A DNA stretch of 64,000 bases from Candidatus Binatia bacterium (lineage in GTDB: Bacteria > Desulfobacterota > Binatia > Bin18): positions 1-64,000 of the forward strand of contig CAXXHG010000047.1 of NCBI GenBank assembly GCA_963666315.2, given 5' to 3'. Below the pieces are notes generated by a model. The model did not search any database. It saw only the letters and a program-made list of their open reading frames with translations, and was not told where the DNA came from. The position numbers and the translations under genes were made by a program. Shown one piece after another: positions 29,452-39,640 of this stretch; position 1 is the first letter of the stretch; each line of letters starts with the position of its first letter.

Positions 29452-30679
29452 CTACGCCGAAATCCCGCGCAAAATAGCCGAGCTGGACATGGTTTCTGTA
29501 CCCCAACCCAGGCAGGCGGCGATGCGCGCCTGCTTCACCTGACGGCAGCCTGCTTCTCGGTCATAGGTGTGCTTGCCTTCCGCCCAGCCGGGACAGGCAT
29601 CGTCCGCGCGATGGCGAAGCTGCCGGACATTTTCTATGACCATGCTGACGCCGTGCGTGTAGCCTTCAGACAGGTGTCCGCCGGATAGGTTCGAAGGCAG
29701 TGCGTTGTCGATCTTGAGGCGTCCGCCTTTCACAAAATCGGCTGCCTCGCCTTTGCCGCAGAAACCATACGCTTCGAGCTGAATGAGCGTGGTAAAAGTG
29801 AAGGCGTCGTAGCATGAGATGAAATCGACATCGTTCTGGCTGATGCCGGCCATGCCGAATAAGCGATTGCGACCATAATTGCCTGCCACATAATGAATCT
29901 CGGGCCGAGAGTAATTCCAGGCCGGATTGGGGGCTAAGGTGCGACCGGTGCCGCCCATGATAAACACCGGCGGCTGGCGCAGATCGTACGCGCGTTCACG
30001 TGAGGTGATAATCATAGCCGCTGAGACATCTGTCTCTAAACAGCAGTCGAGCAGCCGGAACGGTTTCACGATCCAACGCGCCCGTTGGTGGTCTTCGATT
30101 GTGATCGGCGCGCATCACGGCTTTGGGATTCAGACTGGCATGATAGCGATGCGCAACCGCGACTTCGGCAAAAGCTTTCGTTGTGGCACCCGTATCGCGC
30201 AGATAGCGCATGGCGGAAACGCCGAAGCGCTGGGCCGGAGAGGTCAGCCCCCACTGCATATAGAACTGGTTATCGCCGGATGCACGGGTGGGTGGAACCG
30301 GGCCGCTTGGCGCTTGGCCGCCCATGCGGCGACCAGACCGGCCATTCATGGAGCGAAAGAGCACCATCGTCTTGCAGTAGCCGGCTTCGAGTAAGCCTAT
30401 GGCATTGCCAATCAAGGCTTCGGTGCTCGATCCACCGCCAAAGATATCGACCGCGTAGTTAAGGCGCATGCCCAAAGCGGTCGCCACATGTGTGGACATG
30501 GTGGAGTCTCCAGCCTGATAGCTGGTCATGCCATCAACGTCGCGCGATTCGAGACCGGCATCGGCCATGGTCTTTTTGATCGCCTCACACGCCATGGACA
30601 GCGTGGTGCGATTTGACGGACGCATATGCGGCGTCTCCCCCACGCCGACAATACAATATTTGTCAGTGAGTGCTCCCAT
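29452..30679 (-). CDS. SCPx-type thiolase-fold protein (Ltp2-like aldolase); one frameshift near 30108
   Basis: IVGVGET, GGGSS (no Cys), NPKAVMR/ITIEDH break, LLDCCLETD, YDAFT, GGHLSEGYTHG. The 2-nt loss is in a CG repeat and may be an assembly error. Confidence 0.85.
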
Positions 30680-30698
30680 TGGTTCCTCCTTTTTCTTC

Positions 30699-30720
30699 GT
30701 AGGGGCGACCTCGCCCCTAC
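30699..30720. repeat. GTAG-type REP palindrome
   Basis: GTAGGGGCGACCTCGCCCCTAC; includes the stop codon of the upstream LLM gene. Confidence 0.65.
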
Positions 30721-31742
30721 GCCATCTCCCGCCTGACTTCCTGCATCAGTTCGCGATAGCGCCCTTCGTCTTGGCGTTCGGGCGCACCAAAACCAATAAT
30801 GATCCGGTCTAAGATGCCTTTGTAACGGGCGCTCAATTTCTTGGCGATTTCGTCATACGTGCCGACCACCGCAATCTCGTCTAGCATCTCGTCGGTGATT
30901 TCGGCAGCCATACCGTCCCAATCGCCCTTGGCTGCTTTTTCGTTCAGCCGATAGCAGGTGTCTCCCCAGCCGTGGGCGTCCAGCACGCCTTTGTAAGTCC
31001 GGGTTGAGGCGTAGAACGAAATCTGTTGACGCACGGGGCCGATGGCTTTTTGCACCTCATCTTGGGTCGCTCCGCAGGCAATGAACGTCCCCGTTTGCAG
31101 AGTGAAGTCTGCGCGGTTGCGACCGGCTTTGGCGATACCTTTCTCAATATTCGGGATGACGGTCTCAGCCAGATATTTCGGGGTATGGTAATTATGGACA
31201 AAAAACCCATCACACACCTCGCCAGCAAGTTGGCTAATCAACGGATTGAGGCCGGAGATAATGATAGGCACATGCGGGTGTTCGATCGGGCCGGGATTAA
31301 AGAACGGTGTCATGAGCGAGAACTGATAGAACTCGCCCTCAAAGTTGAGCGTGGTGCCGTTTTGCCAGCAATCCCAGATCGCGCGTAGGGAAAGGACAAC
31401 CTCACGCAAGCGTTTGACTGGCGAGACCCACTTGACGCTAAAGCGGCGCTGGTTATGGCCTTTGACCTGCGTGCCTAAACCCAGCATGAAACGTCCGCCC
31501 GAGTTGGCCTGCAGGTCCCAACAGATATTGGCCAGGACCATAGGACTGCGTGGAAAGACGATGGCGACGCCGGTACCGAGATGAATACGCTCGGTTTCGC
31601 GTGCCGCCACCACCAGTGGGAAAAACGGATCATGACTGGTTTCGGCACTCCACAGCCCATCAATTCCCATGGCTTCCGCATCGCGAGCGACCTTGGCCGC
31701 CGCGTCAAAGGTTGATGGCAGAAAAGCGGTATCGATTTTCAT
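30717..31742 (-). CDS. Probable F420-dependent LLM oxidoreductase (TIGR03617-like)
   Basis: AETSHDPF, FPRSPM, LGLGTQVKGH, LMTPFFNPGP, QISFYASTRTY. Confidence 0.9.
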   Translation of the reverse strand: MKIDTAFLPSTFDAAAKVARDAEAMGIDGLWSAETSHDPFFPLVVAARETERIHLGTGVAIVFPRSPMVLANICWDLQANSGGRFMLGLGTQVKGHNQRRFSVKWVSPVKRLREVVLSLRAIWDCWQNGTTLNFEGEFYQFSLMTPFFNPGPIEHPHVPIIISGLNPLISQLAGEVCDGFFVHNYHTPKYLAETVIPNIEKGIAKAGRNRADFTLQTGTFIACGATQDEVQKAIGPVRQQISFYASTRTYKGVLDAHGWGDTCYRLNEKAAKGDWDGMAAEITDEMLDEIAVVGTYDEIAKKLSARYKGILDRIIIGFGAPERQDEGRYRELMQEVRREMA

Positions 31743-31751
31743 GGGTCCCTC

Positions 31752-32903
31752 CTAATAGGACCTGGGCATGCCCAACACATGCTCGGCGATGAAGTTGAGA
31801 ACCATATTGTTCGAGATCGGGGCGATGGTGAATAAGCGGCACTCTCGGAACTTACGCTCAACATCGTATTCCGTGGCAAAGCCGTAGCCACCGTAGGTGT
31901 CGATGGTCGCGTTAGCGGCAGCCCACGAGGCTTGCGAACACAGCAGCTTGGCCATATTGGCCTCTGCCCCACAGGCTTCCTGTGCATCGAACAAATCAGC
32001 TGCGCGAAAACGCATCAAATCAGCCGCTTCAGTCTGGGCGTAGGCGAGCGCGATGGGGAACTGAATCCCTTGGTTTTTGGTGATCGGCCGACCAAAAATC
32101 TCTCTCTCGTTGCCGTATTGGACCGCTCTCTTAATAAACCAGCGCGCGTCACCGATGGCTTCGGACGCCACAAGGATACGCTCTGCATTCATGCCGTCGA
32201 GAATGTAATAAAAGCCCTTGCCTTCTTCGCCGATCAGGTTTTCTGTCGGGACTTTGAGGTCACGGAAAAAGAGTTGGTTGGTTTCGTGGTTGAGCATGGT
32301 GTCGATGGGCCGGACTTCGATCGAGTCGCCTACCTCTCGGAGGTCAACGAGAAAGATGCTCATGCCCAGCGTTTTCTTTTCACTCTGCTCAAATGGCGTG
32401 GTCCGAGTCAAGAGCAGCAACATATCGGAGTGCTGTACACGGGACGTGAAGATCTTCCCGCCATTAACAATGTAATAATCGCCTTCTCTGCGGGCCGAGG
32501 TGGTAATATGGGTCGTGTCCGAACCCGCGTCCGGCTCGGTCACGCCAAAGGCTTGGAGCCGAAGCCCGCCGCTGGCTATCCTGGGCAGATAGCGCTGTTT
32601 TTGCTCGGGGCTGCCATGCCGGAGGAGGGAGCCCATGATGTACATTTGGGCGTGACAGGCTGCGGCATTGCCGCCTGAGCGGTTAATTTCTTCCAGAATG
32701 ACGCTGGCTTCGGTGATGCTGAGTCCGGAGCCGCCGTACTCGCTGGGAATCAAGGCGGCCAGCCAGCCGGCCTTGGTCAATGCATCCACAAATGTTTCTG
32801 GATACTGATGCTCTTTATCCAGATCGCGCCAGTATGCATCCCCATATTGGCTGCAAAATTTTCGAATCTCATTTCGGATTTCGGGACAGCGTTCCTGTGG
32901 CAT
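31752..32903 (-). CDS. Acyl-CoA dehydrogenase
   Basis: FGVTEPDAGSD, NGGKIFTS, LIGEEGKGF, REIFGRPI, GGYGFATEYDVER. Confidence 0.96.
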   Translation of the reverse strand: MPQERCPEIRNEIRKFCSQYGDAYWRDLDKEHQYPETFVDALTKAGWLAALIPSEYGGSGLSITEASVILEEINRSGGNAAACHAQMYIMGSLLRHGSPEQKQRYLPRIASGGLRLQAFGVTEPDAGSDTTHITTSARREGDYYIVNGGKIFTSRVQHSDMLLLLTRTTPFEQSEKKTLGMSIFLVDLREVGDSIEVRPIDTMLNHETNQLFFRDLKVPTENLIGEEGKGFYYILDGMNAERILVASEAIGDARWFIKRAVQYGNEREIFGRPITKNQGIQFPIALAYAQTEAADLMRFRAADLFDAQEACGAEANMAKLLCSQASWAAANATIDTYGGYGFATEYDVERKFRECRLFTIAPISNNMVLNFIAEHVLGMPRSY

Positions 32904-32946
32904 AATTCCTTCTCCTTAAGGGAGTCTCTTGGATTTCCTCTTATCA

Positions 32947-34275
32947 TTACGGCCAGAACAGCCGCCGGGCCTCTTTTTTCAACTCCGGGCGAAAGTCTGG
33001 ATGAGCAATGGCCGCCAACTCCTCAGCTCGACGCCGTTGGGACTTCCCGAAGAGCTGGGCCACGCCATATTCAGTCACCACATAATCTGTGAACTGACGT
33101 GGTGAGGTGACAAAACTGCCTTCCTCCATTAGCGGAACAATGCGCGACACCGTGCCTTTCACTGCGGTGGACGGAAAGACCATAATCGAGCGGCCGTTTT
33201 TGGCATACACTGAACCAATGGCATAATCAGGGAAGCCGCCCGAGCCGGTAAACATCTGCGGTCCGAACGAGTCAGCCACAGCCTGACCGGTCAGATCCAT
33301 GCGCAGGGCGTTATTAATCGCGACCATATTGTCGTGGGCCATAATGGTCTGTAAATGGTTCACATACGCGACGCCGTATAGTTCGAAGTGCGGGTTCTGG
33401 TGAACAAAGTCGCGCTCCTCGCGACTAAACGCCACAGCAGTCGCAACGGCTCGGTTTGTATGGAAGGTTTTGTTTTTGCCCGTAAAAATACCGCGTCGGA
33501 CTCGCTCGACCCCACCACGCGGAATGCGCTCGGTATGCCAGCCGAGGTCATTGCGTTCATCGAATATGCCGGCTTGGACCAGGGCTTCACTCGTACTGCC
33601 CGCGCCGACCTCAATCGTGTCTCCATCGCGGATGAGAGGGGCGACATGGGCCGCGATTGTTTTGACGACCTGGCTTAACTCAATATCGGGAAACGGGGGA
33701 CGAAAGGCTTGTGTGTGTGGCGGCTCAACAAGAAAGTCGATTTCACTCACATGGACAAAATTATCTCCACCCGTGCGAATGAAATCCGGGCTGACTTCAG
33801 CGATAACCGTGCATGCCTGCTGTACGAGCTCTTTTTTGTCCCACACGCCACCACCCAGGCTCATAAAGCCATTATGATCGGGTGGTGAAACATCGAGCAG
33901 CACGACGTCTGGGGGGATGGCCTGTGTTCGGCCTTCGTCCAGCGTTTTGAACAGCAGTGCGCTGGGGCATATCCGCTGGTCGCTCCGCTGGTCGGTCACC
34001 ATTTGCCGAATCGGCTTGGGCAAATACGGGCTGGTATACCAGGGTTCAATCTGAAATGCCTCGGCTGCTTCTGGATGATACCAGGCCAGGTCGCCGGCCG
34101 GTGCGCCTATGAGGATGGTCACGCCGGAGAGTTCGTTGAGCCGGTTCGCCAGTGCCCCGGCAATCACGGCTGGGTTTGAGTAAACGGGAATGGTAACCCG
34201 GTCGCCGGATTTGACGACTTGTACGGCTTCTTCAGCCGAGCGTAAACGAGATGAATATTCTTGTTGACTATCCAT
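32947..34275 (-). CDS. Acetyl-CoA hydrolase/4-hydroxybutyrate CoA-transferase family protein
   Basis: VSPPDHNGFMSLG, DLGWHTE, INNAL..DLTGQ, VVTEYG, IAHPDFR. Confidence 0.93.
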   Translation of the reverse strand: MDSQQEYSSRLRSAEEAVQVVKSGDRVTIPVYSNPAVIAGALANRLNELSGVTILIGAPAGDLAWYHPEAAEAFQIEPWYTSPYLPKPIRQMVTDQRSDQRICPSALLFKTLDEGRTQAIPPDVVLLDVSPPDHNGFMSLGGGVWDKKELVQQACTVIAEVSPDFIRTGGDNFVHVSEIDFLVEPPHTQAFRPPFPDIELSQVVKTIAAHVAPLIRDGDTIEVGAGSTSEALVQAGIFDERNDLGWHTERIPRGGVERVRRGIFTGKNKTFHTNRAVATAVAFSREERDFVHQNPHFELYGVAYVNHLQTIMAHDNMVAINNALRMDLTGQAVADSFGPQMFTGSGGFPDYAIGSVYAKNGRSIMVFPSTAVKGTVSRIVPLMEEGSFVTSPRQFTDYVVTEYGVAQLFGKSQRRRAEELAAIAHPDFRPELKKEARRLFWP

Positions 34276-34290
34276 ATGTGGTCTCTCGAC

Positions 34291-35013
34291 TTATTCTCTG
34301 GTGAGGAGGAGATCTGGGGTGATCACTGCCTGGCTGAGCGCCAGGGCATTCACCGTGGCCTTGGAGACGATAACCGCACTAGGATTCTTGTGTACCAAGC
34401 TGTCGGCAAGTTCCCGAACGGTGGGCGAGAGCGCTTCTTTTTTCACGATCCGGTTGAGCAGCCCCAGGGGGAGAAGTTCCTCGGCCTTATACCGGCGACA
34501 GGTGATAATGATTTCCTTTGCGAGAGATGGGCCGACATGGGTAGTCAATAGAGCGGTTGTGTGCGGACTCAGCGGAACCCCAAGATCGACTTCAGGAAAC
34601 CAAAATTCCGCACCCTCCACGGCGATCCGGAAATCACAGCCTAAGACGAGCGCCCAGCCCCCACCAACGGCATAACCGTTGACAGCGGCTATGGTGATTG
34701 GCTCGAGGTGCACGAGTGTTTGTAAGACGCGTCCAACCAGCCGCCCCCGACGCTTTCTGTAGGTCGCGAAGATTCGCTCGCGTTCTTGAGGATCTGTAAT
34801 CCCCTTCGTCTGCGACAAATCAGCCCCAGAACAAAAGGTATTCCCCGTGCCGGTCAAGATAAGGACCCGAACATCTGTATCATCCCGGATTTGATACAGC
34901 AGTCCTTCTAATTCGAGCAGGATCTCCTCGTTCAGCGGGTTGCGTTTTTCTGGGCGGTTGAAGGTCAGCGTGGCAATGCGTCCGTCTTTTTGCAGCACAA
35001 AATGATCTGGCAT
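34291..35013 (-). CDS. Enoyl-CoA hydratase/isomerase family protein
   Basis: FNRPEKRN, FCSGADL, AAVNGYAVGGG, PEVDLG. Confidence 0.93.
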   Translation of the reverse strand: MPDHFVLQKDGRIATLTFNRPEKRNPLNEEILLELEGLLYQIRDDTDVRVLILTGTGNTFCSGADLSQTKGITDPQERERIFATYRKRRGRLVGRVLQTLVHLEPITIAAVNGYAVGGGWALVLGCDFRIAVEGAEFWFPEVDLGVPLSPHTTALLTTHVGPSLAKEIIITCRRYKAEELLPLGLLNRIVKKEALSPTVRELADSLVHKNPSAVIVSKATVNALALSQAVITPDLLLTRE

Positions 35014-35200
35014 GGTCTCCCTCCCTCATCTGAACAAAACCTGGACAAAATAAAGCCGGGGAAACAAGTGCCTCATCTAAGCGGATGGTCTTCAGTCTGG
35101 CAAGAGAGTAGGGGCAAAGCATTCCTGCGTGGAATGGGCTATGTTTTCTTGTCTGCTGAGAATGCTGCGCCCCTGCTTAGTGGGAATAAAAGGAGGCTGT

Positions 35201-35971
35201 ATGGATCTCGGACTCGCAAACAGAGTGGCCATGGTGAGTGGCGCAAGTCGCGGTATTGGTCGAGCGATTGCCCTAGGGCTTGCCGCTGAAGGATGTCGGC
35301 TGAGTCTGTGTGCACGGGGGAAAGAGCAGCTCGACAAAACCGCTCAAGAGGTGGGTGAGCGGGGAAGCGTCGTCCTGGCTACGGCTCTCGACGTAACACA
35401 AGAAGCTGAAGCCCGAGCTTGGGTTGAGGAGACGCAGCAACGATTCGGCGGGGTGGATATCCTCATCAACAACGTTGGTGGCTCGCGTCCCGGTGGCAAT
35501 CTGGACGCTACTCGGGGCGATTGGCAAGCCGGCTTTGCCTTGAATTTCTTTTCTGCCCTTGACCTGTGTCGTCTTGTCGTGCCGACCATGCAGAAAAGAC
35601 AGAGTGGCTGCGTGATCAATATTACTTCGATTTACGGCCGCGAGTGGGGCGGGCCTATGACCTATAATGCTGCCAAGGCCGCCCTGATTAGTTTGTCAAA
35701 AGAAATGGCCCGCGAGCTGGCACCACAAGGCATACGCGTGAACAGTGTGGCGCCGGGGTCAATTCTGTTTCCCGGCGGCTCATGGGAACGGCGGCAAAAA
35801 GAAAATCCCGAAGGGATAGCCGCGTTTGTTAAAGCCGAACTTCCAGCCGGACGTTTTGGCACGCCTGAAGAAGTTGCCGATGTGGTCGTCTTTCTGGCCT
35901 CGGAGCGGGCAAACTGGGTCTCTGGGGCATGCCTCAACGTTGATGGCTGTCAGTCTCGATCATTGATTTAA
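35201..35971 (+). CDS. SDR family oxidoreductase
   Basis: SGASRGIG, INNVG, YNAAKAA; AGGAGG RBS before MDLGL. Confidence 0.95.
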   Translation: MDLGLANRVAMVSGASRGIGRAIALGLAAEGCRLSLCARGKEQLDKTAQEVGERGSVVLATALDVTQEAEARAWVEETQQRFGGVDILINNVGGSRPGGNLDATRGDWQAGFALNFFSALDLCRLVVPTMQKRQSGCVINITSIYGREWGGPMTYNAAKAALISLSKEMARELAPQGIRVNSVAPGSILFPGGSWERRQKENPEGIAAFVKAELPAGRFGTPEEVADVVVFLASERANWVSGACLNVDGCQSRSLI

Positions 35972-36012
35972 ATGGATTTAAATTGACTGAAAGGGAGCAG
36001 CCGGAGGAATAC

Positions 36013-36816
36013 ATGCAAGAACAGTACGAAACCTTAGAACTCCGCCGTGACGGTGGCCTGCTGTGGCTGGTCTTGAACCGGCCCCAAGCGCTGAATGCTA
36101 TGAACGGCCCGTTGGTTGAAGAGCTGCACGACGTACTGGACGAACTCCACGCTGATCACAGAATCCGGGTTGTCATCTTGCGTGGGGCGGGACGCGCGTT
36201 CTGCGCCGGACTCGATCTCAAGCAATCGAGCGTCGGAACTGGAAAAGCTTCCGTAGCCCAAGGTCTACGTGATCAGCGTCGCATCGCTGAGCTGGCGATT
36301 AAAATTCACCGTGCGCCGCAGCCCTTTATTGCCGCCGTTCACGGCCCAGCAGCGGGCGGGGGCTTTGCGCTCGCTTTGGCAAGCGATATTCGCATCGTTG
36401 GTGAGTCTGCGCGCATGAACGCGGCTTTTATCCGCATTGGTCTCTCAGCCTGTGATGTTGGCGTGAGTTATTTCCTGCCGCGCATTGTCGGCTCTTCTGT
36501 TGCGTCTGAATTCTTACTCACCGGAGATTTTATGGACGCCTCGCGTGCGCTGGCAACCGGCCTCGCCTCCCGCGTCGTCCCTGACGCGGAATTAGATCAA
36601 ACGGCAGAAGCGATGGCACGCAATATCCTGCGCAACTCCCCGCTTGGGGTCCGTCTGACAAAGGAGTGTTTGCGCTACTCGGTCGATGCCCCGACGCTTG
36701 AGACCGCCATCGCTATGGAAGATCGAAATCAGATTTTGACGACGCAGACGAACGATGTGAAAGAAGGCATTGCCGCCTTTCTGGAAAAGCGCGATCCGCA
36801 CTATGAGGATGCGTAG
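36013..36816 (+). CDS. Enoyl-CoA hydratase/isomerase family protein
   Basis: LNRPQALNAM, AFCAGLDL, GGGFALALASD; GGAGG RBS. Confidence 0.95.
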   Translation: MQEQYETLELRRDGGLLWLVLNRPQALNAMNGPLVEELHDVLDELHADHRIRVVILRGAGRAFCAGLDLKQSSVGTGKASVAQGLRDQRRIAELAIKIHRAPQPFIAAVHGPAAGGGFALALASDIRIVGESARMNAAFIRIGLSACDVGVSYFLPRIVGSSVASEFLLTGDFMDASRALATGLASRVVPDAELDQTAEAMARNILRNSPLGVRLTKECLRYSVDAPTLETAIAMEDRNQILTTQTNDVKEGIAAFLEKRDPHYEDA

Positions 36817-36887
36817 GGCGGACGCCTCCATGGCATGTCCCACAATCGCTGCTATTGTCCTTACGTTGTGACCAAGGCCGGCGGGCC

Positions 36888-37619
36888 CTACTCATACTCG
36901 AATCGATCTATATGATCCCGGCGATCTTGCCGCCGTTGGTGCTGGCCGCGATAGTGTCTGCGCAACTCTTGGGCAAGCGTGCGCGCCTCTTGGGTGGATC
37001 GCTTGATCTCATGCAGTTTTGCGAGGTTGTCCGCTTTCGCCTGTTCGCGAGCGGCCTTGAGATTTTGGTGGATGCGTTCCATACGCTCTTTCAATGCGCG
37101 CAGCTGTCTCCGCTCGGCCTGATGCTGAAGCAGGAACTCTTCGCGTTTATTTCTCAGCTCTTGCTCCAGATCTTCGATTCTGGTTAAGGTGCTGTCCAAG
37201 CGTTGGGCTTGTTCTCTGATAGCAGCCGAGGTGTTTGGATCGTATATCAACCGACGCGCCATTTCCCGTGCCTGCTGCAAACGGCGTTGTCGTTGTCGAG
37301 TACGTTTCTCATCCGACCACCATCTGGGGCGATCGCGTCGTGGCCGCGGCCGGTCGTCTCGGATGTCATCGCGTGGAAACGGGCTGGGGCGCTGCCGCGG
37401 CGCAGTATACGTTGGGTTAGGCCGCTCCAGGTGTTCTTGCGACCCTTGCTGATTTGGCCGATTTTGGGGTGGAATAAAATTTTGGCCTCTGGCTGAGAAG
37501 AATGGGCCGGCGGTCAGGACAGCCAAGATCCCCATGCTGAAAACAATCGAATAGTGCAGATAGTGCGGATAGTGCAGAAAACGCACAAAATAGAGGATCA
37601 CGTGCTTCTTTATCTCCAT
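36888..37619 (-). CDS. Hypothetical exported coiled-coil protein (third gene of the ECF operon)
   Basis: Hydrophobic leader, Arg/Pro-rich segment, long charged helix; overlaps the anti-sigma stop. Confidence 0.7.
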   Translation of the reverse strand: MEIKKHVILYFVRFLHYPHYLHYSIVFSMGILAVLTAGPFFSARGQNFIPPQNRPNQQGSQEHLERPNPTYTAPRQRPSPFPRDDIRDDRPRPRRDRPRWWSDEKRTRQRQRRLQQAREMARRLIYDPNTSAAIREQAQRLDSTLTRIEDLEQELRNKREEFLLQHQAERRQLRALKERMERIHQNLKAAREQAKADNLAKLHEIKRSTQEARTLAQELRRHYRGQHQRRQDRRDHIDRFEYE

Positions 37620-38176
37620 AGGTCCTCTTGACTGTTTTCTTCAAAAATCCAGGCATCCTCTTCCAGCCAGTCAGGAAAAGCCTCTTCTGGAACCTCTCCA
37701 CTCAGCATCCGTGCCCCATCGTCTGGGTCGAGCACGTCGAGTAATGCGTCCATGCTCGCAACTACTTCTTCGGCAGACACCTCAGGTGGGGACTGGAGGG
37801 TGGTGAAATAGAACACAAATGAGGCCGCGCAGGTTGCCAGCATACCCACAGACCATCTGGCCCATGTGGCTGAATTGGTCCCCCTGGTCCAGCCTGTGCC
37901 GCTTCTCATCCATGTGGTTGCCTTGGCCCATACACTGACGGTGGACGCGCTGAGACGTGGATCTTGGAGGCGCAGCCACAGCCGCGTTTCCATCGCAGCA
38001 GTGACGTTCTGCTCGGGCAGCTGCTGGACGCGTTGTCGGTTCTCTTCAAATCGACGCAGTCGCTTCGTACAGGTTGAACAGTGGGCCACATGCCCTTGGA
38101 TCTCCTGTCGCGCATGCGCTGACAGTATATTATCCAGGTAAGGACTCAGCGATTGTTGACACTGACGACAGGTCAT
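37610..38176 (-). CDS. Zinc-binding anti-sigma factor (zf-HC2)
   Basis: MTC...LSPYLD...HVAHCSTC and one transmembrane segment; coupled to the sigma gene. Confidence 0.9.
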   Translation of the reverse strand: MTCRQCQQSLSPYLDNILSAHARQEIQGHVAHCSTCTKRLRRFEENRQRVQQLPEQNVTAAMETRLWLRLQDPRLSASTVSVWAKATTWMRSGTGWTRGTNSATWARWSVGMLATCAASFVFYFTTLQSPPEVSAEEVVASMDALLDVLDPDDGARMLSGEVPEEAFPDWLEEDAWIFEENSQEDLWR

Positions 38177-38901
38177 GACTGCATCCTCCCTGGACTTTTG
38201 CGTACACTTTCCTGAAGCAGCGCCTTACGCAGCTGCTCGCGTGCGCGTGCGAGGCGCGAGCGAACGGTGCCCAGCGGCACTCGTAATATAGTGGCAATCT
38301 TGTCATACGGTAAGTCCTGATATTCACGTAAAACCAAAATCATTCGCCAGTCTGGAGGGAGACTCTCAAGCGCGCAGCGCACGCGTTCGACATCTTCCTT
38401 AGCTTCAAGCAAAACCGACGCTTCGGGCTGATCCGACGGAGGATCATACGGCGCGTCATTGTCGGGCTCATCGGAGTAATGAGGCTTGAGGCTATCCAAA
38501 GATAACATGCGCCAGCGTCTGCGTCGTCGGAGTTCGTCTAGGGCGAGGTTTGTGGCGATGCGATACAGCCACGAAGCAAAGCCGATCCCCAAGCCTCCGG
38601 AACGGGGCTTGTAGCTGTTTATGTTCTCAATTGCTCGCACAAACGTTTCCTGCCAGAGATCTTCAGCAATGCCTCTATCCTGTACCATTCTGTTCATAAG
38701 ATTCAGTATGACTTTCCCATAGCGCTGCATCAGTAAACCAAAGGCATCCCGTTCACCGGATTTCGCGCGCGTGACAAGCGTGAGATCATCTATTGGTTGA
38801 TCCGACTGGTTGTGGACCGCTGCCGAAATGGACGGATGCGTTTCCTCTTGCGTCAGGTGCTTGGGCAACGCTGATTGTGTGCTTTTCGGTTCTTCACCCA
38901 T
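38173..38901 (-). CDS. ECF RNA polymerase sigma factor
   Basis: AEDLWQETF, FASWLYRIATN, IATILRVPLGTVRSRLARAR. Confidence 0.96.
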   Translation of the reverse strand: MGEEPKSTQSALPKHLTQEETHPSISAAVHNQSDQPIDDLTLVTRAKSGERDAFGLLMQRYGKVILNLMNRMVQDRGIAEDLWQETFVRAIENINSYKPRSGGLGIGFASWLYRIATNLALDELRRRRRWRMLSLDSLKPHYSDEPDNDAPYDPPSDQPEASVLLEAKEDVERVRCALESLPPDWRMILVLREYQDLPYDKIATILRVPLGTVRSRLARAREQLRKALLQESVRKSPGRMQS

Positions 38902-38977
38902 GCACGTTCCTGCGGATCTAGAAGAAAAAACGTCTTACAACAGGAAAGGTTCCGTATCGGGGCTATTCGGCCGGGAC

Positions 38978-39640
38978 CTATCCGGCAAGGATGTGTGGCA
39001 GCTCAACAACACTAGACAAAATATAGTCGGCCTGTTCTTCCTGGAGGACGGTGTTGGTGCTCGTGCCTGTCAGCACGCCCACCGTGCGTACGCCAGCGGC
39101 CTTGCCTGCCCGAATATCAATCGGTGAGTCGCCAATATAGATGGTTTCGGACGGATCGAGAGCGAGCTGCTGCAGGCATTTGAGCACCGGTTCCGGGTCG
39201 GGTTTGCAGTTCTCCACATCTTCGCGCCCAACAATGCCGCTGAAGAGGTGCCGGACTCCCCAACTATCGAGAAAGGGCAGGGCGCGTCCGGACGAGGTCG
39301 CGATGCCGAGCTGAAATCCTTGTTGATGCAGGCTGTGGAGTAATGTGAGACTGCCCGGAATGGCTTGTGTCTCTTCGTGGTAGCGGCGTAACCATTCATC
39401 CATGCGGCTATCGACAATCTGTTTGAGTGTTCCGGCAGGGTCGGGATGATCAGGCGGAAAGAGCTTCTCCAGCGGCGACTCATCGCCCGCCCGCATGAAG
39501 GCATATACCCGATCTCTGGAAACCGGAGGGAGATCCGCTAGCGTAAGAACTTCCAGTGCGATTTCGTAGAAGAATTCGACTGAGCTGGCGAGCGTTCCGT
39601 CGACATCAAAGATAATGCCTTTGACCCCCAAATCACTCAT
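38978..39640 (-). CDS. HAD-IA family phosphatase (Gph-like)
   Basis: FDVDGTL, KPDPEP, IGDSPIDI. Confidence 0.93.
   Translation of the reverse strand: MSDLGVKGIIFDVDGTLASSVEFFYEIALEVLTLADLPPVSRDRVYAFMRAGDESPLEKLFPPDHPDPAGTLKQIVDSRMDEWLRRYHEETQAIPGSLTLLHSLHQQGFQLGIATSSGRALPFLDSWGVRHLFSGIVGREDVENCKPDPEPVLKCLQQLALDPSETIYIGDSPIDIRAGKAAGVRTVGVLTGTSTNTVLQEEQADYILSSVVELPHILAG

Noticed and set aside
31932-32678. Long antisense ORFs (also 24237-25094, 21294-21995, 44213-45082, 41863-42552, 53314-53997)
   Set aside because: They overlap well-supported genes, have no recognisable motifs and are expected shadow ORFs at this GC content.
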